Assembly: GCA_004284765.1 (NCBI GenBank)
Contig: NQJD01000001.1
Coordinates: 90,001-122,000, forward strand
DNA from: Candidatus Electronema aureum
Lineage (GTDB): Bacteria > Desulfobacterota > Desulfobulbia > Desulfobulbales > Desulfobulbaceae
Length of the DNA: 32,000 nt
Reading direction: 5' to 3'
Below the pieces are notes generated by a model. That model did no database searches and was not told the DNA's origin. It worked only from the letters and a program-made list of their open reading frames with translations. Below are positions 26,378 through 32,000 of the stretch, one piece after another. The translations under genes and the position numbers were made by a program. Positions within the stretch are counted from its first letter, which is position 1. Each line of letters starts with the position of its first letter.

Positions 26378-27621
26378 CTATTTCGCCACCAGTCTCTTGA
26401 CGATGAGGGTGGAATTTATCCCCACCATGCCGAAGGAGTTGTTGAGGATGGTCTCGGCGCGGGGCAGCTTCTGCGCTTCGCCGCTGACTAAGCCCGGCAA
26501 CGCACATTCTGGGTCCAGCTCGTCGAGATTGATGGTCGGATGCGCCAAGCCGTCTTCAAAGGCAGGCAGATTAGCGGCCAGCTCCAGCACACCGGCAGCC
26601 CCCATCGCGTGGCCGATGATGGACTTAGTGTTGTTCACCCGCAGATTCTCACAGCCTGCGAAGACTTCGGCAATCGCCCGGCATTCCTCAATATCGCCCT
26701 GTTTGGTGCCGGTGGCGTGGGTGTTGACCAAATCTATGTCCGCCGGAGTCATGCCAGCGCGGTCAAGGGCCAAGCGGATGCACTCGGCTTGACGCGGGCC
26801 ATAGGGCAGGACAAAATCGCGGGCATCCGAGTTCATCGCATAGCCGACAATCTCGCCGTAAATCTTTGCGCCCCGCGCCTGCGCCTTGTCTAATCGCTCC
26901 AAGGTGAAGACGCAGCCACCCTCGGAGATAACAATGCCGTTCCGGGCTTGGTCAAAGGGACGGCTGGCTTTCGTCGGGTCGGCGTGTTCGGCCAAGGCTC
27001 CTTGGGCACGGAAGCTAGCGAAGATACCGAAGGAGCCGGTGCATTCGGACAATCCGCCGCAAAGGGCCACATCCACTTCCCCCAAGCGCAGCATCTGGCA
27101 GCCCTGAATCAGAGCCGCGTTGCCCGCAGCGCAGGCCGCGCCCACCGAGTAATGCGGCCCGGTGATGCCAAAGGTCATGGTGATTTCGCCCGCCGGGTTG
27201 TTGAGCACAGTGCGCGGGTTGTGGTGGTGCGTCCAATAATCAACGTTGTAGTTGTATTGACTGATATTATAGACCTCATTCTCGGTCTCCACCGTGCCGT
27301 GCTCGGTCAGGCCCATGTACACGCCGGTGCGGTCGAGGCGGTACTGTGTGAAATCAATCCCCGATTCGGCCAGTGCTTCGCCAGCGCAGTATACGCCGAG
27401 ACAGCCCGCCCGTGTGCCGCGCTTGTTGTCGCGCTTTTTCCGATACTTGGTCTCTGGGAAATCGCACAGTCCGGCGGGATGCACACCCATGTAGCGCATT
27501 TCCAAGGTGGAGATGCCGCTGCGCCCGGCCAAGACCTGCGCCCTGAATTCCGCCAAGGTGCTGGCCCCGCCCGGCGCGGCCAAGCCCACGCCGGTGATGA
27601 CAATGCGTTGTGAATCCGGCA

Positions 27622-27625
<4 letters not shown>
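26378..27625 (-). CDS. beta-ketoacyl-ACP synthase (KAS I/II, FabF-like)
   Basis: RIVITGVGLAAPGG; the active-site Cys in VGAACAAGNAAL; His residues in NTHATGTKQGD and GHAMGAAG. The start ATGATG overlaps the alaS stop (ATGA at 27622-27625). Confidence 0.88.
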
Positions 27626-30276
<2,651 letters not shown>

Positions 30277-30298
30277 TCTAGTGGCGGCGTATGAACGT

Positions 30299-30355
30299 GT
30301 AGGGGCGAATCTTGTATCCGCCCAATTCAAGGGCGATCGCAAGGATCGCCCCTAC
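30299..30355. repeat. REP-like element: two inverted ~25-nt GTAGGGGCGA..CGCCC units
   Basis: GTAGGGGCGAATCTTGTATCCGCCC (30299-30323) and GGGCGATCGCAAGGATCGCCCCTAC (30331-30355) are inverted copies. They sit between the isochorismatase-family gene stop and the alaS start. The arms match the hairpin at 4645-4670. Confidence 0.6.
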
Positions 30356-30358
30356 ATT

Positions 30359-30916
30359 TTATTTTAAATACGGCAGCATGGCCTTGAAAGCGGGTGTACC
30401 TGCTTTCTGAAGAAATTCGTAAATGATCATCTCTGCTGGAGCCAAGACCACGCCGATCTCGCGCAGCCGCTGCTGGCCGTAGGCATGGTTTTCCGGCGTG
30501 CGCGAGGAGATGGCATCCGCCACAACCTGCACCTCATAGCCTTCTTGGATAGCTCCAACCGCTGTTTGCCAGACGCAGATGTGGCTTTCCACCCCGCAAA
30601 GCAGCAGAGTATGCACCAAGGCTGAACGGCTGTGCAGTATCTTCCGCACGCCTGAATTGGCCAGGGCGTTGAACTCCATTTTGTCTGCGCTGGGCCAGTC
30701 AGCAAGCAGCGGGGCCAGTTCCGGCACAAAGGGGCCAATCCGCTCTTTGTTCTGCGTACAGGTGATCACCGGGATGTCCAGCACCGAGGCAAGGCGAACC
30801 ATCAGGCTGATGTTTTTCACCACCCGCGCCGCCTGATGGATGTGGGCCATCAGGCGTTCCTGGGGATCAATCACAACGAGGCAGCATTCCTGCGGCAGGA
30901 GTTGTCCGATGTTCAT
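30359..30916 (-). CDS. isochorismatase-family cysteine hydrolase
   Basis: CCLVVIDPQERL (the hhhhD.Q motif) and LLLCGVESHICVWQTAVGA (catalytic Cys region). The size is about 185 aa. Confidence 0.8.
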   Translation of the reverse strand: MNIGQLLPQECCLVVIDPQERLMAHIHQAARVVKNISLMVRLASVLDIPVITCTQNKERIGPFVPELAPLLADWPSADKMEFNALANSGVRKILHSRSALVHTLLLCGVESHICVWQTAVGAIQEGYEVQVVADAISSRTPENHAYGQQRLREIGVVLAPAEMIIYEFLQKAGTPAFKAMLPYLK

Positions 30917-31052
30917 ATCTTATTCATGCTGATGTTGATGACTGCCCTGTCCTTTTTAGTGGGCAGTGACAGAAGTTGCAACAGAAAAACGAAAGCTGGG
31001 GCAGCGGCCCGCAGAATACACTATTTTGGAGAAAAGAGGAAGAAAGAGAAAA

Positions 31053-32000
31053 TCATTTCTCCAGCGACCAGATCAAATCTGCGCCGGTAGTCTTTGAGGT
31101 ATTTTCCGTCTCCACTGAGAAGCCGTACTTGAGATCATAGCGAGCCTTGAACGAGCCACCTTCACCGGTTAAGTCTTTGCCGTAGCTGAGGTAGAGGTCT
31201 TTGTATATCTCCTTGCCCATCACTAAGGAAACGTCAGAGGCCTCCTTACCGCCACCAATGCTCACATCAACGAAATCCTCCATGTCAATGACAGCAAGCG
31301 GATTGACCGACTTAAGCAATGCGCCACCGCCCACCTTACTGAGAGCTGCAGCCGCAGGGGAAAGGGTTGCATCGCCTCTACTGCTGGACATTCCGTTTTG
31401 CCCGGTTAGTAGCCAAGAGAGGATTTCCGAGTCATCCATCGCGGTATCAGAGAACAGCTTCATGTCCATGTTGCTGGCATTGCCAGTGAGATGAATGCCT
31501 GCCTCGACCTTATTGACCTTTCTCGAAGCTCGGATGTCCAAGCCGGGGTTGTCGATTGGGCCTCCCTGATAGAATATCCGCCCTTCATTCAGCTGTAGCG
31601 AGACCCCTTCAAAGTCCACTGACGCATCACGCAGGCTGAGAGTACCCAACGCAGTAACAGCACGATCTGGCTTGGCATTGATCTTCAGGTCGCCATCTAA
31701 GAAGCCCTTGAGTCCAAAGGCATCTACAGCTACCTCGTTGCCTAAGGCTAACGCGACCTCCACCGACAACGGCAGGGTGTTCTCTGGCGGTTTGCCCTCA
31801 CTGTCTATCACGATCACATCCTTAGAGGAGGTAGCAGCACCGCTAAAGCCTGTGGGTGCAATTCGTGCCTTGGGTACAGCAAGGGTGCCAGTCAGGGTCG
31901 TGCCTCTTTTGCCGTACCCTAAGCGGAGATCAGGGCTGACCCAGACTTGGTATTCGGGCAGATCAACAGCTTGGAACGCCTGTCCCTGAAGAGTGAACTC
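31053..32000 (-). CDS. tamB: translocation and assembly module protein TamB, C-terminal part (5' end outside the window)
   Basis: The frame is open from the window edge; the ORF-track M at 31817 is an internal GTG. The C-terminal DUF490-type sequence reads ..DSEILSWLLTGQN..YGKDLTGEGGSFKARYDLKYGFSVETENTSKTTGADLIWSLEK. Confidence 0.8.
   Translation of the reverse strand, partial: EFTLQGQAFQAVDLPEYQVWVSPDLRLGYGKRGTTLTGTLAVPKARIAPTGFSGAATSSKDVIVIDSEGKPPENTLPLSVEVALALGNEVAVDAFGLKGFLDGDLKINAKPDRAVTALGTLSLRDASVDFEGVSLQLNEGRIFYQGGPIDNPGLDIRASRKVNKVEAGIHLTGNASNMDMKLFSDTAMDDSEILSWLLTGQNGMSSSRGDATLSPAAAALSKVGGGALLKSVNPLAVIDMEDFVDVSIGGGKEASDVSLVMGKEIYKDLYLSYGKDLTGEGGSFKARYDLKYGFSVETENTSKTTGADLIWSLEK

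Overview
This is a 32-kb chromosomal window with a GC-rich backbone and several short, visibly AT-rich gene-sized inserts. The gene content suggests an anaerobic proteobacterium or Desulfobacterota-like organism, but I cannot verify that from the sequence.

Contents from left to right:
- an orphan fused Dpp/Opp-type ABC ATPase;
- a sigma70-like promoter, a c-di-AMP (ydaO-class) riboswitch and a kimA-like K+ transporter;
- a stand-alone NACHT/STAND NTPase fused to an FGE-sulfatase (SUMF1-like) domain;
- dedA, a ykgJ-like gene, a GNAT gene and secA;
- a Ni/Co ECF-type uptake operon (cbiM, nikL-like, nikK/DUF4198, cbiQ ... cbiO). Its ATPase gene is separated from cbiQ by a 3.7-kb accessory segment holding a cytoplasmic trypsin-like protease, an HU-like/DUF4469 protein preceded by a palindrome array, a small ORF and higBA;
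- a frameshifted IS200 copy;
- a lipid/polyene-like cluster (a KAS gene overlapping alaS, ACP, two CrtI-family flavoproteins, a PAS/Zn-ribbon protein, CSD-DUF1294) interrupted by AT-rich ORFs;
- an isochorismatase-family hydrolase and the 3' part of tamB.

I saw no rRNA, tRNA or CRISPR array. The best novelty candidates are (1) the protease / HU-DUF4469 / small-ORF cassette wedged inside the nik/cbi operon at the centre of the window, and (2) the NACHT-FGE protein with an acidic internal duplication. All family calls come from motif recognition by eye. No database search was run.
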